A DNA stretch of 64,000 nt from a virus. Below are positions 36,479 through 45,782 of this stretch, piece after piece. Within the stretch, counting starts at the first letter, position 1. Every line of letters starts with the position of its first letter. A model generated the notes under the pieces. The model was not told where the DNA came from. It was given only the letters and a program-made list of their open reading frames with translations, and made no database searches. The stretch covers positions 96,001 through 160,000 of the IMG/VR virus record IMGVR_UViG_3300014613_000001; one strand, written 5' to 3'. The position numbers and the translations under genes are program-made.

Positions 36479-36915
36479 ACGAGTACAAACTCTATATCTG
36501 CCAAGAATGTGGTCACGCTATCCTCAGTACCGCTGATGAGCTGACCGCTAGGAGCTCTTGCCCAACGTGTTATCCGGACGAGAAATTGGATGTCCGTAAA
36601 TTCCAGGAAGAGGTCATTGTATGGGCAGACAAGAACTTTAGCGCGCAGCTCGAGTACTGGAAGCCGATGCTCGGCGTGGTGGAAGAGGTCGGTGAGCTGG
36701 CCCACGCTCTGCTCAAGATGGAGCAGGGCATCAGGGGCACAGAAGCAGAGCTCACGGATCAAGCCATGGACGCGATCGGTGACACGATCGTCTACATGGC
36801 TCATCTCTGCGGAAGACGAGGATGGAATCTCGAGGAGATCATCAAGGTGACCTGGGCGCGCGTCAGCAAGCGCGACTGGAAGAAGGATCCAAAAAGTGGA
36901 GGTGAAGAGGCATGA
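36475..36915 (+). CDS. MazG-like NTP pyrophosphohydrolase with N-terminal Zn ribbon
   Basis: EEVGEL...DAIGD acidic motifs; CQEC...CPTC. Confidence 0.8.
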   Translation: MNEYKLYICQECGHAILSTADELTARSSCPTCYPDEKLDVRKFQEEVIVWADKNFSAQLEYWKPMLGVVEEVGELAHALLKMEQGIRGTEAELTDQAMDAIGDTIVYMAHLCGRRGWNLEEIIKVTWARVSKRDWKKDPKSGGEEA

Positions 36916-37223
36916 TTTTTGGGGTGCGGGTACCGCCGATGTTCGTTCGCGGCGCACCTCCTCGATGGGTGTGCAACGCGCGAAAGTGGCATGACAAGAG
37001 CGATGACGAATGTGCGTGCGTGGGCTGTGTTCACGCTGACAGCCCCGAGCTCGAACTCGGTGACCCGTTCCCTGTTCACGAAGCGTATCAGGATATTTGC
37101 TTGACGCATGTAGGCCTCTACAACCCAGAGGAGAAAGAGAGCACGAGTGGGGAAGAAGAACCCAGTGACGCCGGAGACGTCCAGCCCGATAGTACCGGAG
37201 GAGATGCAGAAGTGGATAGCTGA
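36912..37223 (+). CDS. Hypothetical Cys-containing protein
   Basis: ATGA overlap with upstream stop. Confidence 0.4.
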   Translation: MIFGVRVPPMFVRGAPPRWVCNARKWHDKSDDECACVGCVHADSPELELGDPFPVHEAYQDICLTHVGLYNPEEKESTSGEEEPSDAGDVQPDSTGGDAEVDS

Positions 37224-37590
37224 CGCCTTGTTCAACGCGAGCCAGGAGTTGCTGCGGCTCTATGTTGATCTCGCGGACAAGGATGTTCGTGGGGCACATT
37301 GGATCGAGCTCATGGCGCTGCTCTACGAGTGCGCGGCCGACGTGGTTGAGACCGGGGGGCGCGGCACCGGACCGGAGCTCACCCTGACTCAGGCAAAGAT
37401 CGTTGCCGACGCGCACCTCGTTGTGCTTCGTGCGTGGCTGACTGCCGAGTCTCTTATTGGTGTACACAAGCTCGAACGGTACTCGAGGTTGTTCCACGCT
37501 ACGCTGACGATCATTCCGACGGTAGATGAGATCCGTCCCCTCATACCGGCTTGGGCTTGGCAGGAGAACCTACCGCTGAAAGGAAAGTAA
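37147..37590 (+). CDS. Hypothetical protein
   Basis: ORF; start uncertain. Confidence 0.45.
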   Translation: MGKKNPVTPETSSPIVPEEMQKWIADALFNASQELLRLYVDLADKDVRGAHWIELMALLYECAADVVETGGRGTGPELTLTQAKIVADAHLVVLRAWLTAESLIGVHKLERYSRLFHATLTIIPTVDEIRPLIPAWAWQENLPLKGK

Positions 37591-37592
37591 CC

Positions 37593-37826
37593 ATGTCGGA
37601 AGGGTCTAAGCAGATCATTCTCAATTGGCTTCGAGCTCATCCAGGGTGGCACTCACCACACGAGGTCGGGATGAAGGCACTAAGGGCAGCAAGCCTGGGA
37701 TCGGGGTTCAAGATGGCTGCTGGGCCGCTCAAGAAGCTCCTCATGGTACGACTCGTCGAGGTCCGGTACGAGGGACTGAAGATGTATAGAGCAACCCCCG
37801 CGGATCAGGCTCCTCATGGAGATTGA
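37593..37826 (+). CDS. Winged-helix-like protein
   Basis: KQIILNWLRAHPGWHSPHEVG...LVEV. Confidence 0.45.
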   Translation: MSEGSKQIILNWLRAHPGWHSPHEVGMKALRAASLGSGFKMAAGPLKKLLMVRLVEVRYEGLKMYRATPADQAPHGD

Positions 37827-38559
37827 AAACGTAAAGGATCGTGATCTTGGGCCACTCTGCATGCAATGTGGTCTGTGCTGTCTGATGCTCAGTGCGGAAA
37901 TCACCGAGGAGGAAACAGAGGTCATGTGCAGAGAGCAGCACATGGCGAGAGATCAATTCGTAGAGATCGAGAGCGTGGGCCCGCACAAGGACGGTCTCGT
38001 GCTCAAGATGCCGTGCACCTTTCTATTCGGACGGCCCACCTCCTATGTTCGCTGCACGGCGTACACTGCCTTCCGCCCCAAGGTCTGCCGGGTCTACCGC
38101 TGTCGGATCGCGGTGCAGTACCAGATAGGTGAGATCGAATGTGAGGAAGGTCTCAGGCTACTGCGTCGTGCGTTCACGACCGGCGACGCCAGCGTCTTCA
38201 ACTGGGGCGCGGACAGGGCGTCGGACACGGCGCTCATAACTGCATCCATCATCCCGAAGCTGAGAGATCGAGCCAAAGAGCTCCATGAGCAGACAGGCGG
38301 AAAGACCGGGCTCTCGCAAGAGCAGCTCGAGACTCTGTTGATCGCTGAAGCAGCAACACCCACCTATGAGTTCAGCTCGGACATCACTCGCCTGTACTTC
38401 CAGATGCTCATGAATGTCTTCGACCGAGGGGATGTTGATCTCGAGGATGTCATCCCCCGAGCGATTGTCGAGCTGTACACAGTGGAGGAGCAGCTCTTTG
38501 CTCATGAGATTGTCGACACCGTACTATTCTACATCCGATCACATTTTCGTCTGCAGTAG
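37816..38559 (+). CDS. YkgJ-family cysteine-cluster (Zn or Fe-S) protein
   Basis: CMQCGLCC...PCTFL...CTAY...RPKVCRVYRC. Confidence 0.8.
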   Translation: MEIENVKDRDLGPLCMQCGLCCLMLSAEITEEETEVMCREQHMARDQFVEIESVGPHKDGLVLKMPCTFLFGRPTSYVRCTAYTAFRPKVCRVYRCRIAVQYQIGEIECEEGLRLLRRAFTTGDASVFNWGADRASDTALITASIIPKLRDRAKELHEQTGGKTGLSQEQLETLLIAEAATPTYEFSSDITRLYFQMLMNVFDRGDVDLEDVIPRAIVELYTVEEQLFAHEIVDTVLFYIRSHFRLQ

Positions 38560-38656
38560 CTGTCAGTTCTGGGCCGCAAAAACGTCTCTAAGTTAGTGAT
38601 AAGAATGATGAATGGATACAGTTCTAACGATCTGTATTCATCGAAAGGAGGCGCTT

Positions 38657-39535
38657 ATGATCATTGTGATCAGCAGCAACCCAAATTCCTTGGCGGAATA
38701 CCTAGAAACGATCGATGGTGAAACCGGCACCATCGAGGCCGAATACGGGGACATCATGGTCCGCGGTTCGGCTTTTTCCCTGGGCCACCACGGCCCCCGG
38801 TCGGCCAACCAGCCCCCCTGTCTCGTGACTCCGTGGTCACTTCCAGTCGTGGAGTGCATCGGGCTCTCCCACGTGGATCTCGACGCTCTCATGGGCGTCG
38901 GGATCGCGATGGGACGATCCTACCCAGTGGGGTTCGCCCAGCTGGTGGGATTCGTGGACTGCTCAGGGGCGCATCGCGCCCCGGAGCACCCGGAATGGGC
39001 GCGATGGGCCCCGGAGCTCCAGGCCTTCTGGGCCTGGAATGACGGGCACAGGGTGTACCCGCCGTCGGATGGCGGGGTCGCGGAGATTGCGGAGAGCGTA
39101 GAGCTAGCGCTCACCGCGCTGGACATCTGCCTTGTGGGAGATCCCGAACTTCTCGAGGCGGGCCGCGTCTGGGCCGCGGAGATTGCGGAGCTGAACAGGG
39201 CATCGTTCGTCCGGGCCTCGGGGCCTGGAGGTGTGTTGCTCCGGGTGGCGGACAGGTGGGTCAACCACCTGTACCGCGGACCTGGCCCAGAGGGGGAGAC
39301 TTACGAAGCTCTCGTCGGCTTGAACACGGCGAGAAATTCGATCACGGTCTCTTTCGCCTACCCGGAGAACTTCACGGCCCCAGAGTTCAAAAACTGCCCA
39401 GCCCAGGCAGTCGTGCAAGCCCTCTGGGGCCCTGAGGCCGGAGGCGGCCCCGGCGCTGCCGGCTCCCCCAGAAACCGCGTGATGACGATCGAAGATGCTG
39501 AGCTCGCGTATAACGAGCTCAAGCGCTACTTCTAG
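38657..39535 (+). CDS. DHH/DHHA1-like phosphoesterase-related protein
   Basis: SHVDLD motif, HHG, C-terminal GGGPGAAGSPR resembling DHHA1 GGGHxxAAG. Confidence 0.4.
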   Translation: MIIVISSNPNSLAEYLETIDGETGTIEAEYGDIMVRGSAFSLGHHGPRSANQPPCLVTPWSLPVVECIGLSHVDLDALMGVGIAMGRSYPVGFAQLVGFVDCSGAHRAPEHPEWARWAPELQAFWAWNDGHRVYPPSDGGVAEIAESVELALTALDICLVGDPELLEAGRVWAAEIAELNRASFVRASGPGGVLLRVADRWVNHLYRGPGPEGETYEALVGLNTARNSITVSFAYPENFTAPEFKNCPAQAVVQALWGPEAGGGPGAAGSPRNRVMTIEDAELAYNELKRYF

Positions 39536-39547
39536 GCCTTCGGGCCT
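39534..39547 (+). other. cUUCGg hairpin at stop codon
   Basis: AGGCC-TTCG-GGCCT. Confidence 0.6.
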
Positions 39548-39650
39548 CCCACCTTTGCCGCGCTTCTGCGGCATTCTCTTAGCTGGTCATCTGCAAGAAA
39601 CACTCTTCTCGTGGCATAAGGTCACTGGTAGGTGTACCGGTTTTGGCTAC

Positions 39651-39681
39651 TTACCTGCCGGAAGATTTAGTGATCCCGGGT
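39651..39681 (+). repeat. Degenerate copy (B0) of the 31-bp hairpin element
   Basis: TTACCTGCCGGAAGATTTAGTGATCCCGGGT; about 23/31 identical to B3, with compensatory C-G pair. Confidence 0.6.
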
Positions 39682-39703
39682 ACTATACATGAGAGGAGTA
39701 GAG

Positions 39704-40228
39704 ATGAGACTGATTGCTGGAGTTGCCCAATCGCGTGACGGAAAATTCGCAACGATCCTGGTGATGGACGGGGATCCGTTCTTCATCGGGCAAAGTGAGT
39801 CGAGGGAGAACGCGATCAACCGTGCCGATAAAATGAACGCTACGCTGGTCAAACTCGCAGACCTGGACGGGTTCAGTCCGAGTATAGACGCAAAGATGGA
39901 GAACCTTGCGCATCACACGGCCACAGTGCGACGGGCAGTAGGGCGTGGCGCGCTGCATACGTTCACCACTATGGTAGCTGCGGTAGGACGGATTGGAATG
40001 TGTGCCACGGGTGATGTGAAAGATGAGGATCATCATGGACTCTTCGATGCGTTTCTGCTGCTCACACTTGAATCCCGGATCCTGCTACACCAACTGGGGT
40101 TTGATCATCGCCGGGTGATCGAACAAGGCCTAAGAGCTCTGGATAAGGTGCTACCCCTGATGGTGGCCGAGTCGGGAGTACCTGATCCTGGTAGTGATCC
40201 TGATAGTGATCCTGATAGTTTGAACTAA
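39704..40228 (+). CDS. Hypothetical protein
   Basis: RBS GAGGAG. Confidence 0.55.
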   Translation: MRLIAGVAQSRDGKFATILVMDGDPFFIGQSESRENAINRADKMNATLVKLADLDGFSPSIDAKMENLAHHTATVRRAVGRGALHTFTTMVAAVGRIGMCATGDVKDEDHHGLFDAFLLLTLESRILLHQLGFDHRRVIEQGLRALDKVLPLMVAESGVPDPGSDPDSDPDSLN

Positions 40229-40260
40229 GATCACGAGACGGGCTCTGAATGTATACAATA

Positions 40261-40329
40261 ACATCGAAAAGTATAATAGAACGTTACTCATTTAGTATAT
40301 GGGTAACGTTCTATTATACTTTTCGATGT
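40261..40329. repeat. Perfect 27-bp inverted repeat with 15-nt spacer; each arm contains TATAAT
   Basis: ACATCGAAAAGTATAATAGAACGTTAC (40261-40287) and its exact reverse complement (40303-40329). Confidence 0.97.
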
Positions 40330-40346
40330 AATAGGAGGAGTAATCC

Positions 40347-40841
40347 GTGGAGGAGGAAGGGAAGATCAGTGATCTTGCACAGGATCAATATAAAAATGAG
40401 ATCAATTACTGGATAGGTGGGGCATTTTCGCTATCCGGAAGTTTCTTCATCGGACACGCAGGGCTCACCCCATCCAGGAGGGTCAGATACAAAACAGCCG
40501 CACACATCATCACGTACACGAACAGGAGCAGCGCTCTGCTGCTGCTCCAGTATCACGTCGGAGGGAAAATCAGGCCCTACCGCGGGAGCCTGGCCAGATC
40601 ACTATGGACGACGACGACTCAGAGGGAGCTCGAGAATCTATGTGAGATACTCGATCGTGTTCCTCTTCCAGTACATCTGGAAAACCAATTGCGGATCATG
40701 AACAAATTCTTGGCCACGAGGCTTCCAGCTGGGAGGAAAGCCGAAGATCAGAAAGAACGTCTGGATCACATATTCTGCGTTCAGGAGGAATTATGCCGTC
40801 AACTTCAACTGCTGAAGACGGAAGCACGACAGGGCATGTGA
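40347..40841 (+). CDS. Single-motif LAGLIDADG-fold protein with degenerate catalytic motif
   Basis: YWIGGAFSLSGSFFI aligns with YLAGFFDGEGSI; downstream TN..LLLLQYHVGGKI and W...LENLCEIL pattern. Confidence 0.6.
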   Translation: MEEEGKISDLAQDQYKNEINYWIGGAFSLSGSFFIGHAGLTPSRRVRYKTAAHIITYTNRSSALLLLQYHVGGKIRPYRGSLARSLWTTTTQRELENLCEILDRVPLPVHLENQLRIMNKFLATRLPAGRKAEDQKERLDHIFCVQEELCRQLQLLKTEARQGM

Positions 40842-41047
40842 GCACGGAACTCGTCCACCTTCTGGAAGCAGGGGGTGTCGAGGTAGAAGACATGGACGAT
40901 CTCGTCCATGATCTTGCGAGTCAGATTGCAACAGCCGTGAATAACGGTGGTCTGAGCAGTCAAGTGGACTTCGTGTTGGAACAGCTCGGGGTGGCGGAGG
41001 GGCGCAGCGAGCTGATGACGATCGTGAAAGCGAAGAAGGACAAATAA
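40838..41047 (+). CDS. Hypothetical protein
   Basis: GTGA overlap with upstream stop. Confidence 0.5.
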   Translation: MSTELVHLLEAGGVEVEDMDDLVHDLASQIATAVNNGGLSSQVDFVLEQLGVAEGRSELMTIVKAKKDK

Positions 41048-41730
41048 TGGATTATGAATTGACTGAGAAAGGCTTCGTCCAAGAGCTCAAGGAGCTCACC
41101 GCCCCAGTGGTGCTCTCTTGTCAGTCGATAGCACCCTACTCGGGCTGCTGGGAGGAGCCAAACCACTGGCTACTCAAAGATGGCCAGCTCTACCCACTGT
41201 ACGTCAGCGGGGTGTTGTATGCCGTTCTGGGCTATGAGGGGCTAGCGGCACACGATGTCATCATGAAGGCGACTCCACTCCAAGAGTTCATTGAGCAGGC
41301 GCTCGCACACCAGTCGAGGTACAGCGAGTGGCGGTGGGCCGGCACGGGTGAGGTTGATCTCGGAGAGAACTACCACAACATAGTGACAGTGATCTTGGAT
41401 CGGCACAATGTACCCACACCAAAATGGGTATGCGATACATGTGGTGACACCTACCAGGGTGTCGCTCATTTTCTCGGCTATAGGGGAAATGGTGGAATCG
41501 GTATCTTTCTCCGTGATTACTGCTGTGGGGATTGCCTGGGCTCTTCTGAGTATTGTAGTGTGTGTGATCATAAGACCGAAGCTGGGTGGTGTGAGCATTG
41601 TGAGGACGATGTTCGGACCTACGGGTCCGAGGATCAGGCCCCGCGGTTCGGGCTGGATGGGTCACAATTCCTGGGGCCAGGAGAAAGCCAAGGCCCGCCT
41701 CCAGTGATCGTGATCGCGGTGAGGGAGTAG
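41047..41730 (+). CDS. Cys-rich hypothetical protein
   Basis: Three CxxC-type clusters. Confidence 0.55.
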   Translation: MDYELTEKGFVQELKELTAPVVLSCQSIAPYSGCWEEPNHWLLKDGQLYPLYVSGVLYAVLGYEGLAAHDVIMKATPLQEFIEQALAHQSRYSEWRWAGTGEVDLGENYHNIVTVILDRHNVPTPKWVCDTCGDTYQGVAHFLGYRGNGGIGIFLRDYCCGDCLGSSEYCSVCDHKTEAGWCEHCEDDVRTYGSEDQAPRFGLDGSQFLGPGESQGPPPVIVIAVRE

Positions 41731-41732
41731 GG

Positions 41733-42356
41733 ATGAATGCAAAGCTGGGCAAAAGGCTGCCTTTTGATTTGACGGTGTTCGTTGAAACACGTCCGTACTT
41801 GCGAGATGAAGGGCTCGATTCGGAGAGGTTCCTCGGCCGAGATGTGCTGGATAAGATGTTCGATCTGATGGAGGAGTTTGACAATACGTCAGTAGTCCTC
41901 TCCTTTCCTGAGCGCTGGCTCAACATACTCGAGCAACAAGCCCTGATCAAACGTCTGGTGCAGTATGGGAAAAGGTTACAGCGCGTACAGATCCTGACCC
42001 ACTCCACCTACATTCTTCAGAATTGCCCCAATGAATCTGTGCGCGGGTTTGTACAGGAGTGGGTGATCTGCGGTGATGATCGTGGGAAGTTGTACGCCCC
42101 GCCGCACTGTCGTTTTCTTCACCACAACAAGTTGAATGTGCTCGGAGGGAGCGTGTCTGGAGTTGGGGCTTCTGATGCGCCGGTTATCAATGACACGAGC
42201 CGCGTGTATCGTAAGGCCGCAGAAGAGATGCTAAAGACGATATGCGCTCGCAGTGATTTCGATATAGATCAAGACGCCAAGGTATCCGAGAGCGACGATG
42301 GGGCATACGTTCAAGTGTGGGTCTGGATACCGAAAGAGGATGTGGAGGAGGAATAG
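41733..42356 (+). CDS. Hypothetical protein with ABC/AAA-ATPase-like C-terminal motifs
   Basis: FPERWLNILEQ and ILTHSTYIL resemble D-loop and H-loop; no Walker A. Confidence 0.4.
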   Translation: MNAKLGKRLPFDLTVFVETRPYLRDEGLDSERFLGRDVLDKMFDLMEEFDNTSVVLSFPERWLNILEQQALIKRLVQYGKRLQRVQILTHSTYILQNCPNESVRGFVQEWVICGDDRGKLYAPPHCRFLHHNKLNVLGGSVSGVGASDAPVINDTSRVYRKAAEEMLKTICARSDFDIDQDAKVSESDDGAYVQVWVWIPKEDVEEE

Positions 42357-42357
42357 G

Positions 42358-42828
42358 ATGGGAAGAGAGCTGAGGCAGTGTGTGTTGTGTTCTAGTGTCA
42401 GGAAGGACAGGGACGAGATCACGAGCCAGGAGGACGCGACGCTGAATCATTGCTTCGCCGCGGGTCGTCGTCCAGCGTACCAACCGTACGCGGGAAACTC
42501 GCGAAAGATCAAAGTGACATGTCGGCACTTCGCGCACCTGCGCGTGGTGTCGACGACCCCGGGCAAGAAGATTGGCGTTCGTAAGCAGAGTGATGTGGGG
42601 TATCTCCGAGAAGAGGAAATGATGTGGATGACTGATTACATTCGAGAAATTCAAAGACAGCTGGTCGAGGTCTTCAACTTCGAAGCTCGCACCGATGTTC
42701 CCGAAGGCATGGTGATCCCGATCGCGGCACCGGATGGAACCTATGACATGACCATCGAAGGACGTGTGGATCATGTGGTCATCGCAGACGGGAAGATCAA
42801 TTGTGGCAACTTCGATGAGGAGAAGTGA
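42358..42828 (+). CDS. Hypothetical protein
   Basis: RBS GGAGGA. Confidence 0.5.
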   Translation: MGRELRQCVLCSSVRKDRDEITSQEDATLNHCFAAGRRPAYQPYAGNSRKIKVTCRHFAHLRVVSTTPGKKIGVRKQSDVGYLREEEMMWMTDYIREIQRQLVEVFNFEARTDVPEGMVIPIAAPDGTYDMTIEGRVDHVVIADGKINCGNFDEEK

Positions 42829-43319
42829 TGGCTGATTACTTTACGCAGTACAGTGTGCAGGTCGAGGCCCGGAGTGTGGAGGAGTTCGCGTGGTTCACGG
42901 CGCGTTGCGAGGAGATGTTCGGAGCTGCACCGGAAGAATGGTCTGAGACCGCACCATGGGCGGCCGACCTCGCTCGGGAGATTCTCGGTCTTGACCCGGA
43001 AGACCTCTGCGGAAATCCAGAATACAAGATGGAGGAGCCCCGGGAGTTGTATAAGTTTGGGTCGGTGTGGTTCCACGAAGATACGTCTGGATCCCCGATC
43101 ATCGTGGCGTTGTTGATGGTGTACTACCTTCGAACCTTTCATCCGAAGGGGTGCTTCTCGATCATCTGGGCAGACACATGCTCGAAGCCGCGGCTCGATG
43201 GCTTCGGTGGCGGAGCACACTTCGTCACCGCTGACGGAATCCAATCAATGAGCGTGTATGACTGGGTTGCGGATCTCGAGAGAGAGCATAAGAGGAAGAG
43301 GTCAAATGAGCTTACCTAG
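42828..43319 (+). CDS. Hypothetical protein
   Basis: TGATG coupling. Confidence 0.55.
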   Translation: MADYFTQYSVQVEARSVEEFAWFTARCEEMFGAAPEEWSETAPWAADLAREILGLDPEDLCGNPEYKMEEPRELYKFGSVWFHEDTSGSPIIVALLMVYYLRTFHPKGCFSIIWADTCSKPRLDGFGGGAHFVTADGIQSMSVYDWVADLEREHKRKRSNELT

Positions 43320-43569
43320 TGCTAAGGATCAACATGAGAGAGGAGTAAAGATGAAAATCCGTGCTGAGGACCACGACATTATCCTTTCGGATGTGTTCAA
43401 TGGCATCGGAATCGAGACTGATCAAGGGCGATTTGGCATCGCCCAACGAGACATGGGCATCGAGGTGATGCTCGACGGGAAATTGGTTTGGTCTTCGACG
43501 GAGCTCACCAAGGACCGGCCCGAGCGGGGTCAAGCAGAACAGTCTGCTGCGTGTGGGAGTGAGAAATGA
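43306..43569 (+). CDS. Hypothetical protein
   Basis: ORF; start may be 43351. Confidence 0.45.
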   Translation: MSLPSAKDQHERGVKMKIRAEDHDIILSDVFNGIGIETDQGRFGIAQRDMGIEVMLDGKLVWSSTELTKDRPERGQAEQSAACGSEK

Positions 43570-45380
43570 CGAAAGACGTTGATGGAATCGACACGAAAGT
43601 CGAGTCCATGTTGCTCAAGCTCATGACCCGGTCTCTGGTGACCGTGGTCCTCGAGACCGTGCATGACTACATGGCGACACATGCTGAGGGAACGATCAGG
43701 TTTATCGTGAAGAGGGTGACCCGTGAGCTGGGCATGGCTGATCGTTCATCCGAGGTCTTCTTCGATGCCAGTCGATGGTTTACGAGGCAGCAGATTGAGC
43801 AAGCGGCGCTGGAGCTCATGGCCAAGGAGGAAGACTCCTACGCGGCGCGGAGATGCGCTGAGACGTTCATTCGAAACGTCCACCCAACTGCCTCTACGAA
43901 CGAGATAGAGGCCATCGTGAGGGCGCTGTATGACAGCGGTCGCGCCAACCCCTGCCAGCACTGTAACAGGGTGCCGGCGGACGGTGTGCTACACGGAGAG
44001 GGTCTCTGTGAGCGTTGTTGGAAGGCGGCTTTGGCGCCTGAGCCGACGTCGCCTATGTCGGTACTCGGCCCGCCGACATTCATGTCGGTTGACTGGGGAA
44101 TACCGGAGGGTGACAAGAGTGTGGTGCTGCAAGGAGAGATGGTGCAGAAACAGGATGAGCCGGGGGTGGGAGAGTTCCCGGAGATGGTCTTCGTACTTAC
44201 TGGCACATCTCAGGCTGAGGAGAGGGCGCTGAAGGAGCTGACGGAAGAGCCGGAGGAGCCGGAGTCTGATCTCAAACCGGAGCCGATGGTGCGTCCGCGC
44301 CAAACGGAATTTCACAAGTTGCTGAGCATGGCGGAGGAGCTGAGGGCGGTGGCGATGAGCATCCGCATCCCCAAGCCAACAAAGGCTGTTAGGGCTTTGA
44401 GCACGGAGCTGCAGTTGGCCGAGCGGGATGAGGCTGAACGTCTGACAATGGTCCGACGATTTGAAGCCCACAAGCCGCTCATCGACGTCGTACAGCAGCT
44501 GCCGAAAACGGAGCTCCTGGACCTCGCCGTAGCGGCGCTCGATCATCGAAAGGATTGGCCGTTGGACAAAAACGGCCTTGCCCGCGGCAACCGGTGGACT
44601 GAGATCGTGATTAGCGAAAAGTACACGGAGGCAGCGCTGGTTCACACGATCGTCTCGGCGCTGTCATCCAAGGAATACACCAACCACATGTTCAACAGCA
44701 TCTGGCCGGTTGACTTCTGGTCGAGTCCTGATCAGATCAGAGCAGAAGTCAATCACATGTTGCGGTTGAAGCGCTGTTTCGCTCCACGGTCGTTGAAGTA
44801 CGACGTGTACTTCAGGACCCTGGGTGAGATCGGGTGGCGCCCCTACTCTTGGTCGGTGACTACTAGCGAAATGATTCAATCCGGGGAGCTTGTTCCTGTA
44901 CATGTGGATCCGAACGCGAGCGCTAAAACCAAGAAACCTATGAAGGCGATTCTTGGTCTCTTTCGCGGTCCAAACGTGCTTGTGAATGATCCCCGGCGCC
45001 AGAGGCAGTACGGGAGCATACTGAGCGTGCGCGGCAGCAGCATGAACATGTTCCATCGGACACTGGCCAAGGGTACGGTGCGATATGGCGAGGCTGCCGT
45101 ACTGGAGCTCACTGGTATGATGTTTTCGCAGCTCCTGGAGTGTCTCGGTGAGTCGGAGATGCTGGCTCCGGCAACAGAGGTACGCACATTCGAGATCGCG
45201 GACGGCATCGCGCGCTTTATCGAGGAGCAGCACAGGAAAGAGGACGGCTGGTGTCGGATCCATGGTTTCCCTGTGCAGCACGATAACGAGGTATGGACGT
45301 TCATCCAAAAGGATTGGTTGTTTCGTTGCGTACTTCGATCCGTTTACAGGGTTTCTGGAGTTAGCCCGCAACTGTGGTGA
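43566..45380 (+). CDS. Large hypothetical protein
   Basis: 604-aa ORF; CQHC...CERC. Confidence 0.6.
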   Translation: MTKDVDGIDTKVESMLLKLMTRSLVTVVLETVHDYMATHAEGTIRFIVKRVTRELGMADRSSEVFFDASRWFTRQQIEQAALELMAKEEDSYAARRCAETFIRNVHPTASTNEIEAIVRALYDSGRANPCQHCNRVPADGVLHGEGLCERCWKAALAPEPTSPMSVLGPPTFMSVDWGIPEGDKSVVLQGEMVQKQDEPGVGEFPEMVFVLTGTSQAEERALKELTEEPEEPESDLKPEPMVRPRQTEFHKLLSMAEELRAVAMSIRIPKPTKAVRALSTELQLAERDEAERLTMVRRFEAHKPLIDVVQQLPKTELLDLAVAALDHRKDWPLDKNGLARGNRWTEIVISEKYTEAALVHTIVSALSSKEYTNHMFNSIWPVDFWSSPDQIRAEVNHMLRLKRCFAPRSLKYDVYFRTLGEIGWRPYSWSVTTSEMIQSGELVPVHVDPNASAKTKKPMKAILGLFRGPNVLVNDPRRQRQYGSILSVRGSSMNMFHRTLAKGTVRYGEAAVLELTGMMFSQLLECLGESEMLAPATEVRTFEIADGIARFIEEQHRKEDGWCRIHGFPVQHDNEVWTFIQKDWLFRCVLRSVYRVSGVSPQLW

Positions 45381-45393
45381 AGGAGGTTGTCCA

Positions 45394-45714
45394 ATGAGCG
45401 TGAAGAACGAGGTGAAGCTGTGTGGGTATGTGGGCGAGTACGTTCGCTTACCGACGAGGAGGGGGGACCCCGCAAGGTTTGACATACTGACCCCTGACAA
45501 GGTCAAGACGACGGACGGTCAGGTAATAACGCTGCAGAATTGGCATACGATACAGACCGATGACATCGACTTCGTGAGGGATCATGCAGAGCCGAGAGCC
45601 GAGATCTTAGTCACGGGTCGTTTGGTGTGCCGCCAGACACAAGCTGGCAAAGAGGTGGAAATCGTGGCCAAGCGCCTCGAGATCATTCAAACAGCTGAAG
45701 AACGTCGCCGGTAA
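45394..45714 (+). CDS. ssb: Single-stranded DNA-binding protein (OB fold, no acidic tail)
   Basis: NEVKLCGYVG...WHTI...ILVTGRL...EIVA pattern; RBS AGGAGG. Confidence 0.7.
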   Translation: MSVKNEVKLCGYVGEYVRLPTRRGDPARFDILTPDKVKTTDGQVITLQNWHTIQTDDIDFVRDHAEPRAEILVTGRLVCRQTQAGKEVEIVAKRLEIIQTAEERRR

Positions 45715-45727
45715 TCCAGCCAAATAT

Positions 45728-45755
45728 GGGGTGCCCGGCGTCATCCGGGCACCCC
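45728..45755. terminator. 11-bp GC hairpin after ssb (terminator-like)
   Basis: GGGGTGCCCGG-CGTCAT-CCGGGCACCCC; no clear U tract. Confidence 0.5.
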
Positions 45756-45782
45756 CGTCACTATTTGATCTCCAGGAGCACC

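Noticed and set aside
40180-40220. TAGTGATCC repeats resembling the B-element loop
   Set aside because: They are a coding DPGSDPDSDPDS repeat lacking the B stem.
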